This document shows positions 26,491 through 39,429 of a stretch of DNA of 64,000 bases, piece by piece. The notes under the pieces were generated by a model. That model made no database searches. It saw only the letters and a program-made list of their open reading frames with translations, and was not told where the DNA came from. Both the position numbers and the translations under genes were made by a program. This DNA is from Octopus vulgaris (taxonomy: Eukaryota): the NCBI GenBank assembly GCA_951406725.2, contig OX597831.1, positions 29,512,001-29,576,000 of the forward strand, in the 5' to 3' direction. Numbering within the stretch: the first letter of the stretch is position 1; every line of letters starts with the position of its first letter.

Positions 26491-26877
26491 TAGATATATA
26501 TATATATACACGCACACAAACATACATGTGCATATATATATGTGTGTGTGTGTATGTGTGTGTGAGTATGTGTGTGTTTTTAAGTATGTATGTCTGTATG
26601 TATGTGTATAGGCAATCATAAATAACAGAGCCACAGAAGTCCAAAGGATTTACACATGGAATGTATTAGCTTGATGGGAAAAAAAGAGTGGTCTATGTTA
26701 TTTTGAGCATGGCTCTTTGTCAGAAAAAGTAGAGAAAAAAGATCCAGAGAAAGAAAACAAGAGTCCAAGAAAAGCACAGTCGTTGGTTCGGTATTATATT
26801 TGAAAAAAATTAACAGAAATTACTTTTCTGATCGTTTTTAAAATTTAATGTTTATAAATCATTAGGTCTAATGGTTA

Positions 26878-27202
26878 GGCGCAGGAGTGGCTGTGTGGTA
26901 AGTAGGTTACTTACCACAAAAAATCGACGGGCGTCTTTTGTCTTCTCCGATCAATATCATCCTTTTTCATCATTCATCTCATCAATGTTTCCGTCCAGCC
27001 CGAAAGCTACTCCCTCTGTGTCATGCTTTTATGGCAAAATTTTGAAATAAAGTAGCTTACTTGCCAACCACATGGTTCCGGGTTCAGTCCTACTGCGTGG
27101 CACCTTGGGCGAGTGTCTTCTACTATAGCCTCTGGCCGACCAAAGCCTTGTGAGTGGATTTGGTAGACAGAAACTGAAAGAAGCCCGTCGTATATATATA
27201 TG

Positions 27203-27237
<35 letters not shown>

Positions 27238-27402
27238 CTGGGTGGTAAGAAGCTTGATTCCCAACCACATGGTTCCGGGTACAGTTCCACCGCGTGGCAC
27301 ATTGGGCAAGTGTCTTCTACTATAGCCTTGGGCCGACCAAAGAGTGTAGTTGGTAGACGAAAACTGAAAGAAGCCTATTGTATATATATATATATGTGTG
27401 TA

Positions 27403-27457
<55 letters not shown>

Positions 27458-27670
27458 GTGTGTGTGTGTGTATGTGTTTGTCCACTCACCAAGGCTTGAC
27501 AACCGATGCTGGTGTGTTTACGTCCACTTAACGGTTCGGCAAAAGAGATCGATAGAATAAGTACTAGGCTTACAAAGAATAAGTCCTGGAGTCGATTTGC
27601 TCGACTAAAGGCGGTGCTCCAGCATGGCCGTAGTCAAATGACTGAAACAAGTAAAAGAATAAAAGAAAGA
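26878..27670 (+). mobile_element. SINE A with repeated head segments
   Basis: Head pieces at 26878, 27050 and 27240; a single tail. Confidence 0.85.
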
Positions 27671-27869
27671 ATAACGAATCTACTTCTAGGTTTCAAATTT
27701 TGGCACAGGGCCAGCAGTCTCTAAGAGAAAGTAACTCTCGAAGAGAAAGGCAATGTCTGGGGGGAGGTTATATTGTACCCAGTACTCAATACTTGTTTTA
27801 TCGACCTCGAAAGTACGAAAGGCTAAATCGACCACGGCAGCTTTATAAAAATTATCCAAATACTAAAAT

Positions 27870-28098
27870 AATTGCAGCGTGGAAGGTGTTTATAAGTCAT
27901 TTAAAAACCGTTATATTCACTTCAACATTTAAATTTAATTTGCCAAAATATTTTCGTCGCTTTAAGACCGCGACCTGTTCACTGACAAAATTCAAAGCGA
28001 CGAAAATATTTTGACAAATTAAATTTAAATTTTTTTGTGAATCTAACGGTTTTTGTGTGTTTTTTAAATGGCTTATAAACACATTCCACACTGCAATT
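27870..28098 (-). mobile_element. Penelope-type pLTR with inverted partial duplication
   Basis: Arms 27870-27963 and 27994-28098 are inverted; the same family occurs at 31371-31510. Confidence 0.75.
27939..27989 (-). ncRNA. Minimal type-I hammerhead, G3-C8 variant
   Basis: UUUGUCA GUGAACA G GUCGC(9 nt)GCGAC GAA AAUAUU U UGGCAAA. Confidence 0.72.
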
Positions 28099-28145
28099 GT
28101 TTAAAGTGGAAAAATTATCAAAAAAAGCCATTCCTATCTATGTTT

Positions 28146-28187
<42 letters not shown>

Positions 28188-28435
28188 TATATGTATGTAC
28201 GTGTACATTTATATAGATATGCATACATAAATACATAGATTCAACTTAATGTGTGTGTGTGTGTGTCTGAGCGTGTGTTTATATGCTGTGTGCATATCAT
28301 GTATATATCTCAAATGAAGTAATTAGTTACTTGGTGACAATAAAGGTATAAATTACAACCAGAGCATGTGTTTTACTTGGCACTATGACCCTCCCATTCT
28401 ATCAACGTTATCTGTTTCAATGGACGATTTCCCAT

Positions 28436-28535
<100 letters not shown>

Positions 28536-28804
28536 TATATATATATATCAGTATATATATAAATATATACATATGTGTGTGTGTGTGTTTATATTTATAT
28601 ACTATATATATTTATACATATTAGCGTGCGAACTTGCATTTGTGTGCGTGCGTGTCCATGTTTGTGAATGTGTGTGAGTGCCTGTGTGTTTGTGAGTGGC
28701 TGTGTGTATATGTGTGTGCGTGTGTGTAATTTTATAAGTAGCAAACCGAATTAAGTCGCACGTTTCATTTATGAATGTCGGGAGAACAAAGCCTATCGGG
28801 ATAG

Positions 28805-28823
28805 CAGCGCCGTCTACTGGCGG
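28805..28823 (-). promoter_or_regulatory. CTCF-like motif
   Basis: CCGCCAGTAGACGGCGCTG; one mismatch to CCASYAGRKGGCRS. Confidence 0.4.
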
Positions 28824-29644
28824 TGACACGTATTTGTCAAGAAATAGCCGACGTTTTAAATGTTCTGTCAGTTTTCATCTCGTGACAGCTACAATCATCA
28901 TCATCATCATCATTATTATCATCATCATCATCATCATCACCATCATCATCGCTATCACCGTCGTCGTCACCGTCATCATCATCAGTTGTTCCTGTCGGTA
29001 GTTTGAGTAATACAGGCTGTGGTTTTAAATCAGGAGTTCCTAGCCATATTTTGTTTTCTTTCGTTGCGACCTCACCACCCTTTCGAATAGTTGTCATCCC
29101 TGGTGCTCACTTAAATGGCGAGCGAGGTATCATCACAACTAAACTAACTTAACAAAGAGTATCTATAATACATTAAAAGTCAGTTTCAATCTTGCTTGCT
29201 TGCTTGTAATGTTACTCAGCGAAACTGGCGCATAATGGGAAAACACAATGAATTAAGTTTACCCTGAAATGTTAATACGAATCGAATGAAACAAGTTTCG
29301 CGTAAATCGGTAAAGCAGTTTTCAAGATATTCGAGATTTTCAGTGCATAAATGCGCAAAGCGGTGCATAATGAGAAAATGTTCCGAAAATAATCTGTGCA
29401 TGCACACACACATTTTTTAGTCGATGAAATAACTACCGATGGAACACTTGGAGAATGTAAGCTAGAGGATTATTTATACTGATAGTGATCAACTCTAGAA
29501 ATATAGTAAATATATATATATATGTGTGTGTATGCCTCTGTGTGTGTTTGTGTGTACTTACGTATATATAGCCTATATATCTGTATATATGTTGGTGTAT
29601 GTGTATATGTATGTGTAGTTATGTATATATGTTATGTATATATA

Positions 29645-30059
29645 GGCGCAGGAGTAGCTGTGTGGTAAGTAGCTTGCTAACCAACCACATGGTTCCGGGT
29701 TCAGTCCCACTGCGTGGCACCTTGGGCAAGTGTCTTCTGCTATAGCCCCGGGCCGACCAATGCCTTGTGAGTGGATTTGGTAGACGGAAACTGAAAGAAG
29801 CCCGTCGTATATATGTATATATATATGTATGTGTGTGTTTGTGTGTCTGTGTTTGTCCCCCTAGCATTGCTTGACAACCGATGCTGGTGTGTTTACGTCC
29901 CCGTCACTTAGCGGTTCGGCAAAAAAGAGACCGATAGAATAAGTACTGGGCTTACAACGAATAAGTCCCGGGGTCGATTTGCTCGACTAAAGGCGGTGCT
30001 CCAGCATGGCCGCAGTCAAATGACTGAAACAAGTAAAAGAGTAAAGAGTAAAAAAGAGA
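29645..30059 (+). mobile_element. SINE A, full length, young
   Basis: Nearly identical to 760-1187 and 59579-59949. Confidence 0.93.
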
Positions 30060-30534
30060 TATGTACTATATATGTAGGTTGGTAAATATGTGTATGTCGA
30101 TGCGTTTTGTTAAGTTTCAGTTAAAGCGATATAATATCTAATTTGAAAAATGTTAATTAATAGCTCGCCTCCCCTATAAATAATAACAAAAACGAACAAA
30201 TAGTTTCACATAAACTCTGAACTGAGCAAGGAAATAGTTTAGAAATAGTTTGATAATATGATAAGCCGGATAATATTTTGAGAGTGTCGATCTAGATCGT
30301 GGTCGAATTCACAGTCTATTCCGTCTACGTTAGCTCCCATCCCGCCAGTCATTCTTTTGTTGTTATTGTTGTTGTTTTTATTTCACGTCTTCCCCTTAAT
30401 TACACGTTATAATGTAATTTTCTGAGCCGGAAGTACAAAGTTCTCCCTTCTTCATAATCACACGGTGTTACTTGATATGTTGAAACTCTGTTTCTCTCTG
30501 TCACTATTTCTCCTTCCTTTTCTTTCTCTGTTCC

Positions 30535-30579
<45 letters not shown>

Positions 30580-31370
30580 TACCTATACATATATGTATAT
30601 ATACATGCACATATGGGTACAGGACATAAAAAAAAACGTTGAACACATTGAGAAACGAAAACATGAAAACAAAAACATAGAAACGAACTTTCTTTTAGAA
30701 CAACGAAAAAAACAAACAGAGAAACGAGACATGCAACATAAATAATATTCCCCTTCTTCAGGTGTCCTTGTTTCACCTACTGCCAGCATCAATTCTGTTG
30801 GTATTGATTTCATATTCAGTGTAATGACGTGAAAATCACTTTCGCTATATCTCAATAAATAAAGCGTTATTAGCAATTAAAGTCTGAAAATCTCGGTAAT
30901 TTTAGCCAATCGTAAGTCACAGACACATTAATGCCTGTTTCGATAGTAAGAAGCGGAACATGAGAATTCTTTTGTCTGCACGTGTTGACAAATATATTGA
31001 CAAAAAAAGCACGTTTTGACAAATATATTGAAACCACTTGTTTTACCTGTCTTTTGACAATTAAGCATGTGAATTTATGAATTAGTAAACAAAATGATTG
31101 TTTTTTAATAATATTTAATTTGTAATATTTACTTTAATTACATGGAAGAAAATTACCGGAAAACTTTTATCTAATTCTTTCAAATCTTTCTGCTAAAAAT
31201 TGTAATGTGTTTATCGCATGTAAATGTGTTGTCCATCGCATTTGCATAACACGCGTTGTTTACAAATATTGACAACACGTGCTATTTTCAGGATGTTGAC
31301 AAAATGTGCAGTCATGCACAAAATGACAGCTTCCAAATCCTGACTGGGTGAAAAAGATGAAACTTTAACG

Positions 31371-31510
31371 AAATTTTGTCAGGGAAGAGGTTGCGGTCTC
31401 AAAGCGACGAAAATATTTTGGCAAATTAAATTTGAATGTTCAAGTGAATCTAACGGTTTTTTGTGTGTTTTTAAATGGCTTATAAACACCTTCCACGCTG
31501 CAATTGTTTT
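31371..31510 (+). mobile_element. Penelope-type pLTR with decayed hammerhead (same family as 27870)
   Basis: UUUGUCA GGGAAGA G GUUGC..GCGAC GAAAAUAUUU UGGCAAA. Confidence 0.7.
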
Positions 31511-31809
31511 TAGAAATATTTTCACGGCAAAAGTGAAATAACTCCAGCAATTCAGTTTGGGAAAGTATATTATTGCGCCAAATTATAAAATTTTCGGTAC
31601 ACTCTAATTTATGAAATGTTGGCAGCCAAACCAACCAGATCCTATGTATATGTATGAGAGAATATGCGTGTAAATGCATATATGTGTGTGTATGCCTATC
31701 AATGTTTGTATATCTGTGCGTGTGTGTGTATGTGTTTGCGTGTGTGTGTGTGTGAGTGCGCGCGTGGCTGTGTGCATGCGGGTGTATACGATGGGCTATT
31801 TCAGTTTCT

Positions 31810-31988
31810 TATTTCTTTACTGCCCACAAGGGGCTAAACATAGAGGGGACAAACAAGGACAAGCGAACGGATTAAGTTGATTATATCGACCCAGTGCGTA
31901 ACTGGCACTTATTTAATCGACCCTGAAAGGATGAAAGACAAAGTCGACCTCGGCGGAATTTGAACTCAGAGCGTAACGGCAGACGAAT
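31810..31988 (-). mobile_element. SINE B, 5'-truncated
   Basis: Homology. Confidence 0.85.
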
Positions 31989-32276
31989 TTAACTAACAAA
32001 TGTAGATCACCACTGGAGTAATTGGAACCCGCGGCCTCTGGATGAGAAGTCCAGTACGCTATATCCTGCGCTACAGAGATTTACACGATGGGCTATTTCA
32101 GCTTCTGTCAATCAAATCTTCTCACAAGGGCTTTGATCAAACCGGGGCTACTCTAGTAGAAATTTGCCCAAGGTGTCACGCAGTGGGACTGAACCTGGAG
32201 TCATATGTTTGAGAAGCAAACTCTTTAAACACACACAAGCGCGCGCGGGTATTAAAATACTATATATATACTACAA

Positions 32277-32507
32277 GGGCGGCGAGCTGGCAGAAACGTT
32301 AGCACGCCGGGCGAAATGCGCAGCCGTATTTCGTCTGTCGTTACGTTCCGAGTTCAAATTCCGCCGAGGTTGACTTTGCCTTTCATCCTTTCGGGGTCGA
32401 TAAATAAAGTACCAGTTACGCACTGGGGTCGATATAATCGACTTAATCTGTTTGTCTGTCCTTGTTTGTCCCCTCTATGTTTAGCCGCTTGTGGGTAGTA
32501 AAGAAAT
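32277..32507 (+). mobile_element. SINE B
   Basis: Full copy; TSD TATATATATACTACAAG. Confidence 0.9.
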
Positions 32508-32782
32508 ATATATATATATATATATACTACAAGAAAAACCATAAAATATCAAACACGGAATCAGTGGCGGTGGCGAGGTTACAGCGTGACTTATTTGTCC
32601 ACGCTAACTAAACGTCGTATATACAATCACGAGTGACGGCGCGTTGGCTGAGGTTACTACAGATAGAAAGACTGTTATCTCGATATCAACACGACACAAA
32701 CTGATATATCAAATATCGAATAGATTTTCTTTAGGGTTGGTTGATTAACGGTGTCACTAGCCTGCACACCTCCAACCCCTGG

Positions 32783-32837
<55 letters not shown>

Positions 32838-33022
32838 CTCTTTCTTTCTTTCTCTCTCCCTCTCTCTCCCTCACTCGATCCTGGCTCACTCTCTATTTTT
32901 TTTCAACAGATCACTTTGGTCACACTTCATGCTTAACTGGGTCTCATCGTGCGTATGTACATGCACATACACAAATACATGTTTATGCACACACACACAT
33001 ACACAAATATATATATATACTT

Positions 33023-33068
<46 letters not shown>

Positions 33069-33217
33069 CTGTGTGTTTGTGTTTGTGTGTGCGTGTGTGT
33101 GTGTGTGTGTACAGCTGCAGTCTAATGACCTAAACAAGTAAAAAATAAAAGATCTATATATATGTGTGTGTGTGTATGTGTTTGTCTATGTATATATGTA
33201 TATATGTGTGTGTATGG

Positions 33218-33258
<41 letters not shown>

Positions 33259-33295
33259 CATATGCATATGTATATATATATATATATATATATGC

Positions 33296-33335
<40 letters not shown>

Positions 33336-34020
33336 GCATATGTATATTATATGTATATGATTATATTCACAAGTCCATTTATGCAGGCATCTATATGTAT
33401 ATATGTGTGTGTGTGTGTGGTGTGTGTTTGTGTGTGTGCGTGCGTGTGTATGTTTATATTTATACATGTATGTATTTATATATAAAAAGGAATACAAAAA
33501 ATGGGACAAGAACGCAAAACATCCAGACAACATACATATGTAGGTGTCTATGTATATGTGTTTGTGTGTTTATGATCGTAGGGGCCATATTTCTCAAATA
33601 CACTGAAAACACGAGTGTGTTCGAGTGTGACATTTTATTTTGAAGATATTTTGCTCATTTTCGTCTGGGACCCTTATGTTTAATTGAAAACAATGTTCCC
33701 GGGGCCATTAAGGATTTCAAGCCTTCTCGATCTTATCCTCTGGATGACGAGTTGATAGCTTACAGATTATTGAACTAGCCACTAAATCGATCCAATCCTC
33801 TTTTGCTCCTGCCCCCTGGAATTCCCTCTCTCTGTTCCTCATTTTCCTGTACATATTCAAGAGGAACGTTAATCACGTAGATGTTACTGGATTCGTTGGT
33901 GTGCTAGTTTGTGAGAAGCTTTGGAGAGGCTAAAATATGTGAGGTGAGAGGAAGAGAAAGACAAATACGTGTCTTTGTGGAGGTGGTATAAGTGCAGATG
34001 CCACTGTAGTAGTAGTTGTT

Positions 34021-34084
<64 letters not shown>

Positions 34085-34224
34085 ATTCAGAGAGAGGAGA
34101 CAGAGGTTGCAGAGAAGTCAGGGTTTGTAGTGTGTTGATAAGAGACTTCATGGCAACCAATATTCTCTGATTGCAATCATTAATATGTTTGTAACAGAAG
34201 CCCCTGTCTCCCCGTCTCGGTTCA

Positions 34225-34475
34225 GTGAATACATGGTCCAGAGCTTCCTCCTCTTTTTTCGAGGACATATGGAAAGTCCTTTTCTTCCTGCTTGTCTTTT
34301 CCACAATAACTGTTTCGTGCAATGGGGCACTTACGGTTCCCACTCCTTTTTTCATATGGACTTGTCCTTTAATGTAGGTGATTCTTAATGTCTTTGCTAT
34401 TTGTGATGTTTTCTCTGTCAAATTTATAATTCCAGTTAATGATGTAAAGTTCTGTCTGTAATTTGAAAGATCTTC
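34225..34475 (-). mobile_element. Penelope GIY-YIG C-terminal remnant
   Basis: A frame other than the listed ORF reads SFKLQTELYIINWNYK..ENI..RTSPYEKRSGNRKCP..LEKRG..PCIH, matching the PLE pattern TELS..IW.LK...PY...C.LC...LNKR.E...C.H. Confidence 0.6.
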
Positions 34476-34615
34476 ATGGGGACTGTTGTTGTTATTGTTG
34501 TTGTTGTTGTTGTTGTGGTGGTGGTAACTGCTTCTGCTATTGTCGCAGTTACCCACTATTTTGTCTTCTACGTTCTCCTCTCCTACGATAAAGCCAGTTT
34601 TACCGCTCACATAGC

Positions 34616-35371
34616 ATCAGGCTAACATTCTTCAAAACGGTTCTGACCCTAAATGCAGATTCTACGATACATTTGACAAAACAATAGAGCATCTTGTCTC
34701 GGGATTCCTTATGCTGACACCAAACGAATGCAAAAATCGCCACGATAGGGTAGGACAGTATTTACATTGGAAAATATGTAAACACTACAAAATCAGCACT
34801 CCTGAATACTGGTATGGACATCATCCTGGGCTAGCCGTTGAAGGTAAAAATGCCACTATCTTCTAGCATTTTCCAGTCAACACCTACAGAACGATCCAGG
34901 ATAATTGACCAGACATAATCATTAAAGACAGAGAAGAAAATACATGTAGACTTATAAATGCCAGTGTTCCCACCGATAAAAATATATCTGTGAAGGAATT
35001 TGACAAATTAAATAAATATAAGGACCTGGAAATTGAAATACAAGAGATCTGACATCTTAAAGCGAGAACTTCCTATTATTGTGAGTGTCCTAGATAAGAA
35101 AGAGATGTCAGAAACATCTATGTAATATCCCAGGAGAACCATTTCTCAGAGAAATCCCAAAGATTGTGCCAACAAGTACTGCCTACATCCTTAGAAAATC
35201 AATTTAAATGTATGTGTTGTATTACACGAAGATATTTCGCTACTGCTCCTGCCACTCCTCCTCCCCAAGCTTTCAGTCTTACTGTAACATCTGTTATCCT
35301 TCACTCGCCTTAGAACGCTGGATGTGTCTCGGCGAGTGATTGTAACAAACATGCAGATTAAAAGTAAATAT
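34616..35371 (+). mobile_element. R4/Dong-clade non-LTR retrotransposon 3' remnant (Zn knuckle + RLE), ending in (TAA)n
   Basis: DPKCRF...TIEHLVSG...RHDRVGQYLHWKIC...PDIIIKD...KLNKYKDLEIEI with several stops. Confidence 0.9.
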
Positions 35372-35475
35372 TAATAATAATAATAATGATAATAATGATA
35401 ATGATGATGATATCTTTATTATTATTATTATTATTTTTATTATTATTGTTATTGTTATTATTATTATAATTGTTA

Positions 35476-35542
<67 letters not shown>

Positions 35543-35559
35543 CATCCATTATTATCATT

Positions 35560-35712
35560 ATTATTATTACATTATTTACATTTGACGGATATTTGACCTC
35601 ATCTTATTTGTTGTTAAGACAACGTTTCGGCTGATATATCCTTCGGCCTTCATCAGGTGTCTTGGGGAAATTTCGAACCTGGGTTCTCACTCCTAAGGTA
35701 TTTTTCGATGTT
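35560..35712 (-). mobile_element. Hammerhead-bearing Penelope-type tail (family of 63591-63763)
   Basis: GACAC CUGAUGA A GGC..GCC GAAACGUU GUCUU at 35616-35661. Confidence 0.8.
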
Positions 35713-35739
35713 ATTGTTATTATTATTATTATTATTATT

Positions 35740-36265
35740 GAGTGAGAGAGCAGTGAATGCCATCAAAGTGACACAGGGGTAAAATATACGAAGCCCAATA
35801 TACCCATCATGACTACCCGTCTGATAAAGGTACACCAGGCACATGCATCACAACCATATGTGCGCGGCATGATGATCTCATATCAAGATAAACAGCACAT
35901 GACCTTGCAGGTGGGGCCCAGTTACAATTTTCTTCAGGTTGAGTAGCCCATTCCGCTCAAAAGGTCCCTGAATAAGGGTTGTTTAAGGATGTTGAAAGAA
36001 CCACCCATGTTTCCAGAGGTGAATTATTCAAACCCCAAAGAATCCCTCTCAACACATGGCTATGATGCTCCCCCACTACTTCTGCTCGTGATCAAAGATG
36101 CACATATCGTCAGCCACTAAGGGACATGCTCAACTGGTTAAGGTCAAACAACTGACAAGCAAATCTGTGGTACTGAGCAGAATATTTGCTGTAGCCCATC
36201 TTTTATACCAAGACAAAACAATGTACTTGATAACACTTCCAATCAGTTAAGATCAGAAGCCATGA
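35740..36265. mobile_element. Family C (opposite orientation to 20910)
   Basis: Homology; (ATT)n on both sides. Confidence 0.88.
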
Positions 36266-36479
36266 ATTATTATTATTATTATTATTTATTATTTCTTTAT
36301 TAGCCACAAGAGTTTACACTAAGAAAAATACTATGGACAGTACAGGACAAACAAAACAATGTGTGTATGTGTGCATGTGTGTGTGTGTGTGTGTGTCTGT
36401 GAGTGTGTGTTGTTGCGAGGGTTTTGCGTGTAAACAAGACAAACAAGTTTTTTTTAAATGGTGGATGTCTTCCATTGAA

Positions 36480-36752
36480 GAGCGTTCGACCTTGTCGAAC
36501 GACCTACGCAAATGATATGTTTATAGCGATCAGATATTCATGTGCCGGACATTAGCTCACTCTCTTCAACCAAACTGACGTTACGTGAACAACTGTACAG
36601 GTGTACCAGGCGTTAGATGTCGAAATATGTCGCTGAGCAACGTGAGGTGAAGTGTCTTGCTGAAGAACACAGCGAAGCACCCGGTCTAGGAACTGAAATC
36701 ACGATCTCGCAATCATGATGCAGACACCCTAACCAGTAGGCCATGCGCCCCC

Positions 36753-36753
<1 letters not shown>
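36480..36753 (-). mobile_element. Old tRNA-derived CORE-like SINE
   Basis: Head GGCGCATGGCCTACTGGTTAGGG; TGTGTTCTTCAGCAAGACACTT core. Confidence 0.7.
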
Positions 36754-36844
<91 letters not shown>

Positions 36845-36899
36845 GATAATAATGATAATAATGATAATAATAATAATAATAATCAGAAGAAGAAGAAGA

Positions 36900-37303
36900 A
36901 TTTGATTGTAACCAGTTGAGCATATCTCTTTGTGGATATGTGCATCTCTGATGCTCCCCAACTACACGGGCAGGTGTAGTTGGGGAGCATCAGAACTATG
37001 TGATGCGAGGAATTCTTTGAGATTTGAATAATTCATCTCTGGAAAATGTGCGTTTCGTTCAACATCCTTAAACTACCCTTATTCAGGGACCTTTTGATTG
37101 GGAAGGGCTAAAATTCTAACTGGGCCCTACCTTTAAGGTCATGCACTGTTAATCTTGATATGAAATCACCATGTCACGCACATATGGTTCTGATGCATGT
37201 GCCTGGTGTACCCTTATCAGATGGGTGTTCATGATGGGTATACTAGGCTTCGTATATTTGTACCCCAGTGTCACTTTGATGGCATACACTGCTCTCTCAC
37301 TCA
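36900..37303. mobile_element. Family C, partial
   Basis: Homology. Confidence 0.8.
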
Positions 37304-37305
37304 AT

Positions 37306-37510
37306 AAGTCTTGTATTTGTTTCTGTCATTTGACTGCGGCCATGCTGGAGCACCACCTTTAGTCGAACAAATCGACCCCAGACCTTATTCTTTGGAAGCC
37401 TAGTACTTATTCTATCGAAACCTTTTGCCGAACCGCTAAGTTACGGGATCGTATACACGCCAACATCGGTTGTCAAGCGATGGTGGGGGGAACAAACACA
37501 GACACACAAA
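37306..37510 (-). mobile_element. SINE A, 3' half
   Basis: Homology. Confidence 0.85.
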
Positions 37511-37526
37511 CACAGTCACTAAACCT

Positions 37527-37660
37527 GTTCTATCTTCTCTCCCAGTTTATTTCTGTAGAAGAGCGTAGGCTCGAAACATAAAAGAATTTCTCACTTCCCG
37601 AGCGTTAAACTCATACATCTGTTTGTTGTTTACACATCCGTCTTCGTCTTTTTTTTTGTA
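37527..37660 (+). mobile_element. Penelope-type pLTR with hammerhead-like motif (37550-37583)
   Basis: UUU CUGUAGA A GAGC GUAG GCUC GAAACAUA AAA. Confidence 0.7.
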
Positions 37661-37665
37661 AATTT

Positions 37666-37744
<79 letters not shown>

Positions 37745-37804
37745 TTTACATACACACACAGCATACATATGAGCACTTTTATTTCTTTTTTTTTTTGTAA
37801 ATTC

Positions 37805-37836
<32 letters not shown>

Positions 37837-37979
37837 CGACAGATTTCTTTCAGTTTCCGTCAACCAAATCTACTCACAAGGCTTTGACCGGATGAACCCG
37901 GAACCATGTGGCTGGTAAGCAAGCTTCTTCCCACACAGCCACTCCTGCGCCTATAATACTAATACTAATACTAATAATG

Positions 37980-38052
<73 letters not shown>

Positions 38053-38054
<2 letters not shown>

Positions 38055-38709
38055 GCCCTGATGCAGTACCAGATAGTGGCTCTCATGNNNNNNNNNNNNN
38101 NNNNNNNNNNNNNNNNNNNNNNNNNNNNNNNNNNNNNNNNNNNNNNNNNNNNNNNNNNNNNNNNNNNNNNNNNNNNNNNNNNNNNNNCTCTCATGACTTC
38201 TGATCTTAACTGATTCGAAGTGTTATCATGTACATTGTTTTGTCTTGGTATAAAAGATGGGCTACAACAAATATTCTGCTCAATACCACAGATTTGCTTC
38301 TCAGTTGTTTGACCTTAACCAGTTGACCATGTCCCTTAGTGGCTGACGATATGTGCATCTATGATCACAAGCAGAAGTAGTGGGGGAGCATCATTGCCGT
38401 GTGTTGAAATGAATTTTTGCATGTTTGGATAATTCACCTTTGGAAACATGGGTGTTTCGTTCAACATCCTTAAACAGTCCTTACTCGGGGATCTTTTGAG
38501 CGGGATGGGCTACTCGACCAGAAGAAAATTCTAACTGGGCCCTACCTGCAAGGTCATGCGCTATTTATGAGATCACTATGTCACGCACATATGGTTGTGA
38601 TGTATGTGCTTGGTGTACCCTTATCAGACGCGTAGTCGTGATGGGTATATTGGGCTTCGTATATTTGTACCCCAGCGTCACTTTGATGGCATGCACTGCA
38701 CTCTCACTC
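38053..38709. mobile_element. Family C spanning the assembly gap
   Basis: Homology. Confidence 0.82.
38088..38187. other. Assembly gap (100 N)
   Basis: N run; CTCTCATG on both sides suggests contigs overlap within a repeat. Confidence 0.99.
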
Positions 38710-39186
38710 AACAATAATAATAATTCTTTTTACACTAAGCACAAGTCCTGAAAGTTTTGGGAGCGGGCTACTAATCGATGAGTTGATTACATCGACCCTT
38801 GTGTTTAACTGCTGCTTATTTTATCGACTCCCAAAGCATGAAAAGAAATGGAGATTTCGGCGGCGTTAATATTCGGTAAAGGCTAAGACATGCTGCTAAG
38901 CACGATCTTCTTGTCCGACGTGCTAAGAACAACAACAGCAGCAACAACCACAACAACAACAAAAACAACCACTACAACGACAGCAGCAGCAGCAACGACG
39001 GCAACAACAATAAGTACAATAATAATTATATCAAATACTAGTAGTGATAATAATAATGATAATGGTAATAAATAATGAGTGTGCTAAAGGAGAAACAGGT
39101 GTGTGCACTGTATTAAATTTCTGATATCTCTTTTCTTCTTGGTGTTATCGTTAATGTTAGTGTAGTAGTAGTAGTAGTGGTAGTGG

Positions 39187-39239
<53 letters not shown>

Positions 39240-39429
39240 GGTGGTGGTGGAAGTGGTTGATCAACTAATTTTGCTGTTGTTTTTGTTGGTGGTGTTGTTG
39301 TTTTCGTCGATAAAGACATAAGTTCTTTCATGCAGGTGAAATATATTTGAAAGAAGAAGTGAAAGCGATGGTGGTGGTGGCGGGGTGGTGGTGGGGTTCG
39401 ATATGATGGATGTGAGTGGCGTTCCGCAG

